Origin: Neophaeotheca triangularis | Lineage: Eukaryota | DNA length: 64,000 nt | NCBI GenBank assembly: GCA_054600435.1 | Contig: BAAIJX010000022.1 | Span: 124,001-188,000 of the forward strand | Direction of reading: 5' to 3' | Shown here: in pieces, positions 34,740-45,630 of the stretch | Position numbering within the stretch: the stretch's first letter is position 1 | Layout of the letters: every line of letters begins with the position of its first letter | Position numbers and translations under genes: made by a program | The notes under the pieces: generated by a model | Database searches by the model: none | Told to the model about the DNA's origin: nothing | What the model saw: the letters and a program-made list of their open reading frames with translations, nothing else

Positions 34740-36793
34740 CCATAATCATCAAGCTTTTTCCACGTCTTAGACTTGTAATAACAATAACCATTATTTCGAC
34801 CATTTCAGGAGGGATTCGGGTTGTTGATGTTTAACAAGAATTACTATTACCCCTCACCTGTCACCACCGACGTTGACGGATGGACATTACGACTCCTCCA
34901 GCACGAGCTGCCTTTCGCGGGCCAATTAGGTGTATCCATAGAAGTTATTACTATTCTCCCTGCTCGCACCGCCGTGTTCGACCGCTTCGTAGAGTGCACG
35001 ATGCACGACTATCTATAGCCATCGTGTTGTGGAGCACCCATCTACAGCCAACTCCGTACATAATCCTCCGATTCCACACCGTCCCAATACTCAGAAGTCA
35101 GCTGGTTTCCACGCTCAATGCAGACGTTCGAGTCGGGCTTACCCATGAACCCCTAAATCTCACGACGCAAGTTATTATTTACTCGTTTCTCATCTGGGCC
35201 CATCTGGGCCATGTACAATGCAACCCGCGAGAGTAGTTTCCAACGCCGGCGATGCTGAGATCACCGTTTACCCCAACCCGCCATCCTCCATGCCAATGCT
35301 CACACTCCCAGGTGAAGAGATCGGATATGCTATCCGATCGAGAAGCACCGCATGCTCGGTACGCTGCCACGCAATCTAAAAAAGTGCCCAGGGCCGAACA
35401 TGCCCGACTCCAATATTCTCCGATGAACCATCGTTCGTGTGGACTGCCCGGCGAACGATTGTATAGGCTAGTTCTCCCCAGTCTATCCCTGTTGCTACAC
35501 GATATTGAACCTCTGGCAGCAACTTGAGAAAGCCCCGAAGCCAACTCCGATCTGTACGATAAGCTGGCTGGTTTGGTCATTTACCAACGCAGTCAAGATG
35601 GTGAGTTCTCGAGCGGAACAAAGGACTCGATAACGGGTAAAGCATGGTCGTTTGAGGCGTTCATCGTGTTCGCTCGATTGCGCGCCATTGAACATCTCAA
35701 TTTTCATCTAGGGGTGCCGTCCTTGTCGCACCGAAAGCCTTTTCACGATCACTGATGCCACGAACCGGGGAGACTACCAAGACGTTTCCGTAAAGCACGT
35801 GGGACACCACTACTCAGCTTCCAGATTTCTCAGCTCCTCCCCAGAACACCAATAGACATTCCGCTCCGCTGGGAGGTCAGTTCCAGCCAGTACACGAGCG
35901 CGGCTTCTAAGCTCTCGGCCAGCAATGCAAGAGCAAGAACATCAATTTACGCGACTCACCATTGCCCTCGAGGTCGAGGCCCGCCGCCAGTAGACGAGCG
36001 ACAGCGATCTCTCCCGCTCCGCGAAGAGCGCAGAATCCTTTCCTCCCCCCAAAAAAAACAATTACCTGTACTCCCTGCTACGGCGCGACCGCGTACGAGC
36101 CGGAAATCGTATCTCCATGTTGGGAGAACGCAAGCCCGGCGATTTTCCCACGGTACCCACAATTTCACCTGCAACCGAATCATCAACGGTGAGATCGACA
36201 GGGCATGAAAGCTCAGATCGTCGACGCTCGGCGTCGCCAGAGACCCCGGTTACCATGTATGGGTGCGTTGCGGGGGAGGGAGCTAAAGCTGGTGGGCACG
36301 AAATACTCACTACAACGCATCGAAGATCGTGGTGACGAACGCAAGATCTGGAAGTTGGGAAGGGCGTTTGGTGGGTAAAGCATGGTTGAGGATACTTAAG
36401 TGAGTACCTATCTAGCTGAAGCCTCGTAGTCAGTTGGAGCAGGAACCATTTAGGCTCACAGCTGAGATCACCTTGCCGACGGGTCGGTAAGGTGCGCCTC
36501 ACTGCTCAGAGCTCTTTTTTCTTCTCTGTTTCTTCTTCCTGGCTATAGTCGTTACTTTGGCTCATGGCAGAAGCTGCCCTGCCGGCAAGCTGGCTAGGTA
36601 TGCTTCGATGCCATTTGTTTTCATTCCCCTCTTGTACTCCGCTCTTCTACCCATCGAACTGCGGTCGCATTGGCTAACGGCAGAGACTGCTCGGCCGGTG
36701 AGCCAGCTAGGTGTGCCTCAATGCCACGAGCACAGTGCTTTTTCAAGTCGTCGATGTAGCTCGCGCCGTGCAAGAGGATTTTCTCGACAGAGC

Positions 36794-38230
36794 TCAGTAC
36801 CAGCGCCCTGGGTCCGCTATGGACGTGCCACCGCTCTCCTTCTCGCACATTTCGTCAAAGGCGTTAACCTTGTCGGTATACTCCTGGACCGAAAGATCCT
36901 TCTTCATATTCTCCACCTCTGTCTCAGCCTTCTCCAACACAACCCTGGCCCGCAAATTCTCCACTTCTTTCTCCGCAATCCTCAGTTTGGTCTCACTGCT
37001 GATGATCCTCGAAGCGTGTTCGCGCGTCTTGCCAAAGAAGTCGAGAGATTCGCTTGGAGTACAGCCAGCGCTTGCAGAAGCTCCATCCTCGTCGTCGCAG
37101 GGGCCCCAGCCATTGGAACTGCGGACCTTGTTCGCACGGGAGCCCCAATCCATGCTCCTGAACTTCACATCGCCCCAGCCGGTCTCGTTGTCGTCGTCAC
37201 TGCCAGCGGGGGCTGAAGGCACGCTTCCCTTAACATTCTCGTCCCGGCCGGGTACGCAGCGGGGAGAGACAGGAGTGGAGCAGCGACGAGACTTTTCCAA
37301 GTGGGCCGGAAGGGCATCCTCAGATTTGCTGGAGTCGAAAGGCTTGATGGAATCTTCACCCCGGTCCAAGTTGGCCTTCACGTTCAGCTTTGCCTCGTCG
37401 TTTAGCTTGGCTCCCTTGCTCCACGCCAACTCCATGCTTTTAATTGCCTCTTGCACGGCATCGAGTACTTTCTTCGCCTCTATCTTGATCGACTCGACCG
37501 CTTCTGCGACCACAACGGGCTTCTCGTCGGCCTTGAGTGCGGAGCTGTTGCTCTGAGCACGCGGTGGCGGGGTCCCGAACAGCTCTATGGTCTCGTGGAT
37601 GGAGAGGTTCGACTTTGTCTCTTGAGCCTTCGACGCACCGGTGGCGATTGTGTTTCCAGCCGCATTGCTTGAGTCGGGAAGATCGCTACCGCTGTGGAGA
37701 GAGGTAGAGGCAGGAAAGTCAGATGGAGCCATGCTCCCGAGAGGCGAGTGCTGGTAAGCCTGAGACTTGCCACAAATGGGATCGTCGTAAGGCTCGCCGA
37801 GCAGACCCGTGTGAGCTTGCTTGCTTGCGCCTTTTTTGGCTTTGTTCTCGGAACCGTAGATGGTGCTCTTGATGCGGCGGGCATAGTCCTCGACCACGTC
37901 AGCCCGATGTTGCCTCCTATCGACCAAGTCCTTGACGATGTCGTAGTCGAGCTGGCGCTTCTGAACCGCCAAGATGCCCACTGCCGCTTCAACTTCAGCC
38001 AGGATGTTTGTGACAGCCGAGTCGACCAGATGGCACCACGTTCTCTCGTATTGGCTTTGAATCGTGTCATCGCCTGCACTCTCAACCAATTCGCCAACTT
38101 CGTACAATTGTGATTGAAGCTCGCCGTCGACGGTACGTTCGGCCAGGCTGTTGAACAGACATATCAGGTTGCTACCCATAGTAAAGGGCATCTTGCCTGC
38201 GAACTTCTTGTCAGTGAAGCGCGGTGTCAT
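36794..38230 (-). CDS. Hypothetical protein with coiled-coil segments; exon structure uncertain
   Basis: 478-codon ORF with protein-like composition and no recognised domain. Confidence 0.5.
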   Translation of the reverse strand: MTPRFTDKKFAGKMPFTMGSNLICLFNSLAERTVDGELQSQLYEVGELVESAGDDTIQSQYERTWCHLVDSAVTNILAEVEAAVGILAVQKRQLDYDIVKDLVDRRQHRADVVEDYARRIKSTIYGSENKAKKGASKQAHTGLLGEPYDDPICGKSQAYQHSPLGSMAPSDFPASTSLHSGSDLPDSSNAAGNTIATGASKAQETKSNLSIHETIELFGTPPPRAQSNSSALKADEKPVVVAEAVESIKIEAKKVLDAVQEAIKSMELAWSKGAKLNDEAKLNVKANLDRGEDSIKPFDSSKSEDALPAHLEKSRRCSTPVSPRCVPGRDENVKGSVPSAPAGSDDDNETGWGDVKFRSMDWGSRANKVRSSNGWGPCDDEDGASASAGCTPSESLDFFGKTREHASRIISSETKLRIAEKEVENLRARVVLEKAETEVENMKKDLSVQEYTDKVNAFDEMCEKESGGTSIADPGRWY

Positions 38231-38661
38231 GCTTTTTTAGAGGACTCACCGGATACTTTGGTGGAGTTGGTATTGATCCGGTCTCACAAGCCCAGCTCTC
38301 TTGTTAAGGGACTGTGAAGCGGGGTCGTGACCTAGAGATGGTAGTCGATTGTGAGGTAGTGGTTTGCAGCCCAGAAGTGGTAGTCAGATACCGTGAGGGG
38401 ACAAGGGGTGTTGCGACCTAGAAGTGGTAGCCAAATACCAAGAAGAGGTGGTCTTGCAGGTTTTAAGTAGTAGAAAGTGCAAGAGAAGAGAAGCTCGAGA
38501 CAAGCAAGTATACTCAACTCCAGGCCACGTGAGATCTCGATGCGCGCACAGACCTTTTTCTCGTGACTGTCTACATTTTAAGTCAAGTGAGGTGTTCTCA
38601 TTCACGTACTCACCAAAAGCGGCAAGCTGCATACGGCAGAACCCTCGCTCACTCAACACCT

Positions 38662-39864
38662 CTACTCATGGTGACCTTTCCCCTTGCCACCCTTGCCATG
38701 CCCATTTCCCTTTCCTCCACCCCAGCCGCCCCTCCACGGCTCACCGGGCTCACCCGAAGGGCCCCTCATAGTCTGGTTGGCGGGCGGCGCTTCACCAAAG
38801 TCAGGTGTGCCTTCCGCATCGAACCTGACGGGCAAAGCGTTGGACCAGCGGATGCTGCCGCAGTTACCCTCAGGGTCGGGAGTCGAGTGGTAAGCGCTCC
38901 AGACTTCGGTGCCGTCGGGGGACATGAAGAAGCTGTATGGAATAGTTAATGAGACGCAGTTCTGGGGGTTTGAGAAGGAATGGGAGGGGGAAAACGGACC
39001 TGTTGTGCCCAGTTCCGAAGTTGCCGTTGGCGGAGCTGAAGACAGGGCCGGTCTTGGTCCAGCTGTTGCGGTCTAGCGGGTCGCCGCAGCCGTCGTACTC
39101 CAGCAGGCCGAGCGAGTAGTCGGGGGTCCAGCAGAAGCTGGCGGCAAAGCTCAACCAGGTGCGCCCAGTGGGTGCGTGGTACAGAGCGGCAGCGCCTTCG
39201 TTGACTGGCGTCTCGGAAAGCTCCCATTCTTGGGTGGGCTCGGACAGGAGGTAAGGTTCGCCGATTACGGCTGGCGAGAGCAGCTCGGCAATGATGAGGG
39301 ACTGGTTGGTCTCGCCGGTGCCGCCGCCGAAGCCTGAATAGACCAAGTAGCGCTTGTTGTTGGCGTATAGGACAGTGGCGTCAATTGCCCAATCGTCGCC
39401 GATCTGGCCGAGGTAGCTGTAATCGTCCCAGGGGGAGTCGCCACCTAGTCGTGTCTGTTAGCTTACGATACATGCTTCAACAGGTTGTGGTTTGAGAAGC
39501 GCGACCTACCCTCAATGACGTGAGAGCGCTGTGTGTCAAGATCAAGGCCTTCGGTACCAGCGGTGTAGTAGATGTGCCATCTGTTGTCGACAAAGTGCAT
39601 CTCTGGGGCCCAGACATCGCAGCACCGGCTGGGGTTGGTATCAGACCAGACTTCCTTCGTAGTGCCGTTCTTGAGGCCATTGAGGGTCGTGGCACGGGTC
39701 ATTTGGATCTGATCCCAGGTGGTTGAGATGAAGTAGTAGTAGCCATCGTGGTAGACGATATTAGGGTCTCCGCCATCGTACGTACGGAGAGGGTTCGAGT
39801 AGGGTGCAGCGGTGGTGAAAGGGAGGAGGGAGGCCAAGAGGGGGGCCACGGAAAGGAAACGCAT
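38662..39864 (-). CDS. Secreted glycoside hydrolase family 43 (arabinofuranosidase/arabinanase-like), 3 exons
   Basis: Signal peptide MRFLSVAPLL..., GGDPNIVYHDGYYY, CCDVWAPEMH, WAIDATV, VNEGAAAL, FGTGHN; two introns (about 39445-39508 and 38935-38998). Confidence 0.9.
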
Positions 39865-41083
39865 TGTGGATAGAGATTTGCGGTAGCTACCTTGTTCTTG
39901 TCGCAATCTCAGTTGGTTCTGCAGAGGCGATACCTACATACTTATGTCTTCAGCGTCAGCCCCAGAGGCCGGGCGTCCGAATGTCAGCCAAGTGTTGAGA
40001 ATGCAGCTTGTTTTCCTGGCGACGGAGCATGACCCTCTTGCGAGCGGGCAATGGCAAGGCCGAGCATGTCGTTATTGCGAACGGCGTGGAGTCGACATGA
40101 GGTCGGTCAAAGTCTCAACATGAGCCGCCGTCTCTGCCAATGGCAACGAGCTCCGCCCGGCTGCTTCGGGGTTGTTGTGGAGAGCGCGCGGGGATGGTCC
40201 AACGTCAACGTGCATTGGAAATCTGGGCATTGCGACTTGGTCGGTTGGAAGAACGAAGAGACCGTACATCCCATACTTTTCCAAGTATTGATTCTGCTTG
40301 CGTCTTGCCCTGCATCTCATGATCTCACATACTCTGCGACGAATCGAAACGAGTCTCATTGACGCATCGGTAGTGACCTCGGGGCTGCGCGACACCTTCA
40401 GATAGCCATGTCATGTAACGACACTAGCGATCAAACGATACCGTAAACTCCTTCGAGACCCAGCAGTGATATTCACCCATGAATTCTCCCTTGACGACAA
40501 AGCTGTGAATCCAGAAACAATTCCACAGTGTGGCCCTAACACCCTTTGCCGCCTTCTCTTCCTGTCCGAGGATCTCGCAAACCTGATCAGCGATCTTGCC
40601 CCGTGCCTTGCCGTGCCAGCGGAGCAGAGTCGCATCTTCTGAGGCTTAGACGAAAGTACTGGCGTTTTTGAGGTCTTGACATGGGCTTTCATCTATCTGT
40701 TCGATGAGAGAAGCAAAGACGTTCAAGGCTACCGAATCTCGTTCGCTCCGGCTTGCAATACGAAGTGTCAGGGGTATGTTGATAGTGAGTCTCGAACTAC
40801 TCAACTTCTGCTTGTTGAGCCATAATCGATGTTGGGTCTCGCGTAGCATCCGATGCTGCGTCAAGTCAAGGGAGGAGTGTCGGTATCTGAACGCACTTGC
40901 GATCCTTATGTTGTTGATTATGTTTGCAGATTCTGACCGTGAAACCCTCTCAGGCTAGATGCGCGGTCATGGTACAAACTCAGTGCGCATCTGGTGCGTG
41001 GGGGCACAGGTGAGGTGAGGTGAGGTGAAGTGAAGTTGGGGGTGGAAGATCTCCACATCGTCTGCCTTACGGCCACAGGGGGC

Positions 41084-41392
41084 ATACCATATATTCAACC
41101 TCCCGCCAACCTTCCCAGATCCCGCCAACGAGGCGCAATCGGTACGTTTGCCTAATAACTTCCCAATTCGAACCCACGCTAACCTAGTCTTCAGATATCC
41201 GTAGCCAACTGGTCGCCGGTTCGATCCCCCCTCGTCCCCTTCCTCAGTTACGACGTTAAATTAGCGACTGAGGCGTCGTGCAGTTCACCGACGTATAAGC
41301 ACAACTGCCTTGTAGGCCAAAGATAAACCACTCCTTCACTCGGATGAGTTTGCTTTCCCTCCAGTGCTTAAGTTACTGGAGGCTTTCTTTTT
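41084..41392 (+). ncRNA. Candidate spliced, structured Pol III-type ncRNA gene, copy B (unassigned family)
   Basis: 16-mer ATACCATATATTCAAC 41084-41099; A box AGGCGCAATCGGTA 41131-41144; intron 41142-41194 (GTACGT..GCTAAC..CAG); B box GGTTCGATCCC 41218-41228; three hairpins; first T-run of 4 or more is T5 at 41388-41392. Confidence 0.6.
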
Positions 41393-42140
41393 GCTGGGTT
41401 TTGCCCCTTTGCTGTCTTTGGTACATAAATTTGAGCTTAAGAGACATCCATCTGGCTTCATCACCTGTGTTGCTACAGTCTCGGCCACTGGAGAGCGTGA
41501 AGACAACCTGTTGTCAGGAACAGAGGATGAAAACCACCGCGACCATCCTAATCAGTTAACACCAAGGAGACCCACGCTGCTGCCCGAGCACCTCGGCCAG
41601 TTTCAGACATCGTCGCCGCCCGCAGAAACAACAGCCGACAAGTTGCAGCGATCTCATCAGCGCACCGCTATCACCGCTCCACCCGGTGGCTACGCAGTCG
41701 AGGACGCGGCCAGTGATGCTACCAAAACACTTCCTTTGACGCTCGGCGCCGTGGAGCGACGGGCGATGAACCTGAGATTCCTGCTGAGACGCTTGCGCAA
41801 CACAGAGTTTGTTCACCGGTGACCAGCGACCATTGGACATTTAGAAAGGCCAAGGGTCGCATTTCCCGACTTCACATCCGAACCGGCCTTGCTGCCGCGG
41901 CATGCACCCGCTATGGGAAAACAGGCCACTCCTCCGTCGACGGTACCAGATCTATTGCCCGACGACGGCAAAGCAAAGCTCAACGCGTGGATAGTAGGGC
42001 TTGAAAAGAATCTAGGGCAGGTCCCAATATATAGTTGTCGTTAACGCGATACAACGAAAACCAAAACAATGAAATTGCAAAGGATTAAGGACCAATGACA
42101 CAATACTGGATGCGGCTGAAATCTTCTAGAAACCTACAGT

Positions 42141-43909
42141 CTAACAACCCAAATATCTCTCCTCCACCCACCTCACTTCCAGATCGTCCACAATCCTGCA
42201 AACCACCACCTTAATCTCCGGGTAAACATTCATCAACCGATTCAGCCCCATCTTACCCGCCATGTACGTAACAAAAACAATTCTATTCTCTTTGACGCCA
42301 TGGTCGAGAAGCACCCTCACAGCCATGAGTGCTGCGCCACCGCTCGACATCTGCGGGTCCAACAGGAAGACCTGATGGTCTGAGATATCGGGCGAGAGCT
42401 TGTAGTAGTGTAACTCTGGCTCACCAGTGCGGAAGTTCGTCTGAATGAGCATGCGGCCGGTGCGGCAATCGGGAACGACGCGTTTGAGGCCCGTGGACAG
42501 AATATCGCCGCCACGTAATATGACGACAGCGCTGACTTCGTAAGCCAGCTCGAGACCATTGTAGCTGCGGCCGGGGACCGGTGTCTCGACTGTCCTGGAC
42601 TTGTAGTGTAGATGTTCGGTGGCGGTTTCCACAAGCATTACGGCCAGGCGGTCGAAGTAAAAGACGAAGTCTTCACGATCAAGACCGTGAGACATGATGA
42701 TCGTGTTGATGCCTCGGACTTGGTTGGTGTGTTGGAGGTACACGATGTTAGGGGAAAGTTGCTGCGCTTCTGCGACTTTGCCTAGGCGTCGGAGCTCGAC
42801 TTGGTGCATCATGGACTTTTGATGGAGAGTCTTGTGAATCCTATCCGAGATCATGCCTGCATGTTGTTAGTTTTGAGGTGTACTGCGTATGCTAGAGTGC
42901 GCCTGTCATACTTATAGCAACTTTGTTTTCGATGCCTCTCGGTACGATTAGATCTGGTAGACACTGTCAGTGACGGTCTTTTGCGGGTCCGGCATGTGTA
43001 GCTTGATTGGGAATTGCTCGATCAGACAAAAAGATGATGATGGTAAGGTTTTCCGCAATGTTGTTCGGTTGAACTATGCTTTGTTTGGATCATCACAAGA
43101 GGGGTGACGGAAGTAAAAATTGAGAATGCTCGAAACGTACCTGCAACATGCCTCTGAGGTTCGACATACTTGTGGAAGTTTGGCCTAAGAAGACCAGTAT
43201 CAGCCCCCAGCCGTGAAGTCGCGGTTCTGTGGAACTCACTTGACAAAGCTAAACCACTGCTTGATACAGCCTTCAATGTCTCGACCGCGCTCCCTGACGT
43301 CACGAAGCACTGCCTTGCAGGTCTGATTAGCCAAAAATATCGGATAGAGTGCATATGTGACCAATCTTACAGCGCCTCGATAAGCAAAGATCTCCATCTG
43401 CCTCTGCAAAGATTTTGAGATCTAGCATGTCAAGTACTCTATCATCATGAAGAGCAAAAATGCCCTCTAGGATCAGGACATGAGGAGAGTAAATGGTAGT
43501 CGTCGCTTCCTGTCGAGCATGTTTCTCAAACGAGTAGACGGGGATCTCAGCCTTCTTGCTTCCAACCATAGTCAGCAGGTGCTCGGCGAGAAAGTATAAT
43601 GAGGGTTCTGGCTTACCCAGTCTTGATGTCTCTCAACCTGTCAACGAGAACGTCAAAGTCGATGGCCTCGGGAGCATCAAAATCGTACTCGTTCTGAAAA
43701 GCTTTTGCGCTCTGCTCAGGCGTAAGGGGCTTGTAAAAGCTGTCCATTGACAGAATCACGACCCATGGCAAACTCAGCTCCCGAATGATAGCCAGAGCTA
43801 AAGAAGTCTTGCCGGACCCGGAGCTACCAGCGACACCGATGATGGAGGTGTTGGACCATGGAGGTGAGTAGTGAGCTCTTTCCACGGTGCCAACGGCATG
43901 GTCGGCCAT
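42141..43909 (-). CDS. URK1: Uridine kinase Urk1 (kinase plus UPRTase-like domain), multi-exon
   Basis: HYSPPW, IGVAGSSGSGKT P-loop, MDSFYK, LILEGIFAL, and C-terminal DFVFYFDRL/LLDPQMSSGGAALMA. Confidence 0.93.
43022..43096 (-). ncRNA. Intronic box C/D snoRNA, snR60/U80/U77-like (LSU Am817, yeast numbering)
   Basis: In the 187-nt URK1 intron (43140-42954): GTGATGA...GCATAGTTCA-A-CCGA (D') ...TTGCGGA (C') ...CTGA (D). The guide is complementary to LSU UGAACUAUGC. Confidence 0.78.
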
Positions 43910-44513
43910 GATAGCCACAGCGTCGCGGCCGTTGTATGGTGAACTCGATTACCGTACAGTTGGGCTGAGAGAACTACAGATTTTCGCCCGAGTCCACATG
44001 CTGACGTCTGCAGCAGTAGTTTGAGCGTGAAATGACTGCGGCTGAGGTTGCAAGGAGAAAAGAGAGAAAAGAAGCACGCGAGCTTCGAAGTGAAGTGGAC
44101 CTAGACCGGTATGTCTTCGGCACGGGGATGCCAAGGCTCCCGGCCGCACCTTGAGCTTTGCAACAACTTCACCTCTCAGCTTCCCATCCTTTCTCGTTCC
44201 TACTTCTCTCTTCCCTCTACCTCCCATCTGCATATCGTCTTCAAGGGACTTTTCCTCGTTTCGTTTCTTGATGTGATTGAGCAAAGCTATTGGTACTTGC
44301 GAAGCCCTCCGTCGTACCTCTACAACACTCAGCGGCAGATCTAAACCTTCCTTTAGGATGCTCACACCCGTCCGCAACAGGCCTTTAGAGGAGCTTATGT
44401 ATGCCGAGTCCCATACCCTTGACGATCCAGATCGTGATCTAACCAGTATTTTCTCACAGCACGAGGAAAACGTGAACTCACCCACGCACCTCTACGACAA
44501 GCCTCCCGCGACG

Positions 44514-45630
44514 ATGGCTCAGTCCAGAATCGCAGCCATGTTTGAAGAGCAGGCCGCTGGCAATAAGGCCGACAAGAGGTATGTCTTTTGCATAAGATCC
44601 TGCTAGCACAGTAGCGCCCTTGAATGATGTTTCATACCAAGCGGGAATCTCTCCGAGAATTTCATGCGGAGAACAGCAATAGCTTGTCTATCTGATCACG
44701 CGGCATTCTTGTGCAGCTTCATATCCATCGAATTTTTGGAGCTTATGCTTACAGCCCATGTAGCGAGATGAATGCCATCGTCATGAACTACCTCGTCACC
44801 GAAGGCTATCCTACCGCGGCTGCGAAGTTTGCCCAAGAGACCAACTTCACCGCTCCCGTCGACACAGAGAGCATCGAGGAACGTGTTCGCGTTCGCGACC
44901 TCATCCACACCGGAAAGATCGATGAAGCCATTGAGCTCATCAATGAGATTGACCCAGCGGTAAGCATTAACCTTTTACATCCCTGCAATCCCACTGGAAA
45001 AGATTATACACCAGTTTCATGCACCACTCGTAATTTCCTTGACGAGAAACAACTCACTGCTTCAGTCCTCAGTATGATCCAAAAATACAATACACAACAT
45101 TATGAAAACTTCATTTCCATGAACATGATGCTAATGTTGCGTATTATCAGATCCTCGACTCGCACACTGCGCTCCATTTCGACCTCCTTCAGGCCCAGCT
45201 TGTCGAGATCATTCGCGACATCCTCGCCAAGAGCAGCAACCCCCCGGTCGCCGCATTTCAGCCAGTCGTTGATTTCGCTACCACCCAGCTCGCGCCCCGC
45301 GCTCCCACCGACCCCTACTACCAGAAGTCCCTCGAGAAGACCATGGCTCTCATTCTCTACCCCGAGGACAAGATGCTGCCGGAACTCAAGGAACTTCTTG
45401 ATGTCAAGTTGCGTGCCGACATTGCCAAGAACGTTAACCGCGTTCTCTTGGAGAGTCGCGGTGAGGAGTCCGAAGCCAGGATCGACCAGCTTATCGAAGC
45501 TAGGGTCTGGTCCGAGAACCAGGCCAGGGAGGCTGGAGCGCCAGTTCCTCAAACCTTGCCCATCGGCCTCGAAGGCGGGAAAGAACAGAATGGCGACACT
45601 AATGGCGAGGGTGATGCGATGGTCCAGTAA
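44514..45630 (+). CDS. GID8: LisH/CTLH/CRA-domain protein (GID8/TWA1-like subunit of the GID complex)
   Basis: EMNAIVMNYLVTEGYPTAAAKFAQE (LisH), IHTGKIDEAIELINEIDP (CTLH), LEKTMALILY (CRA); long introns 44579-44763 and 44960-45150. Confidence 0.85.
44624..44695 (+). ncRNA. Intronic box C/D snoRNA, SNORD79/U79-like (LSU A in GAGAUUCCC)
   Basis: ATGATGT...GGGAATCTC-T-CCGA (D') ...ATGCGGA (C') ...CTGA (D). The guide is complementary to LSU GAGAUUCCC. Confidence 0.75.
45000..45077 (+). ncRNA. Intronic box C/D snoRNA, snR40/U32-like (SSU Gm1271) with degenerate boxes
   Basis: AAGATTA (C-like) ...CATGCACCAC-T-CGTA (D'-like) ...TTGACGA (C') ...ATGA (D). The 10-nt guide is a perfect complement of SSU GUGGUGCAUG. 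Confidence 0.6.

Noticed and set aside
41124..41236. Canonical tRNA gene (A and B boxes present)
   Set aside because: The T-stem does not pair (GCCGG versus CCCCC), there is no D or anticodon stem, and the insert has spliceosomal rather than tRNA-intron features.
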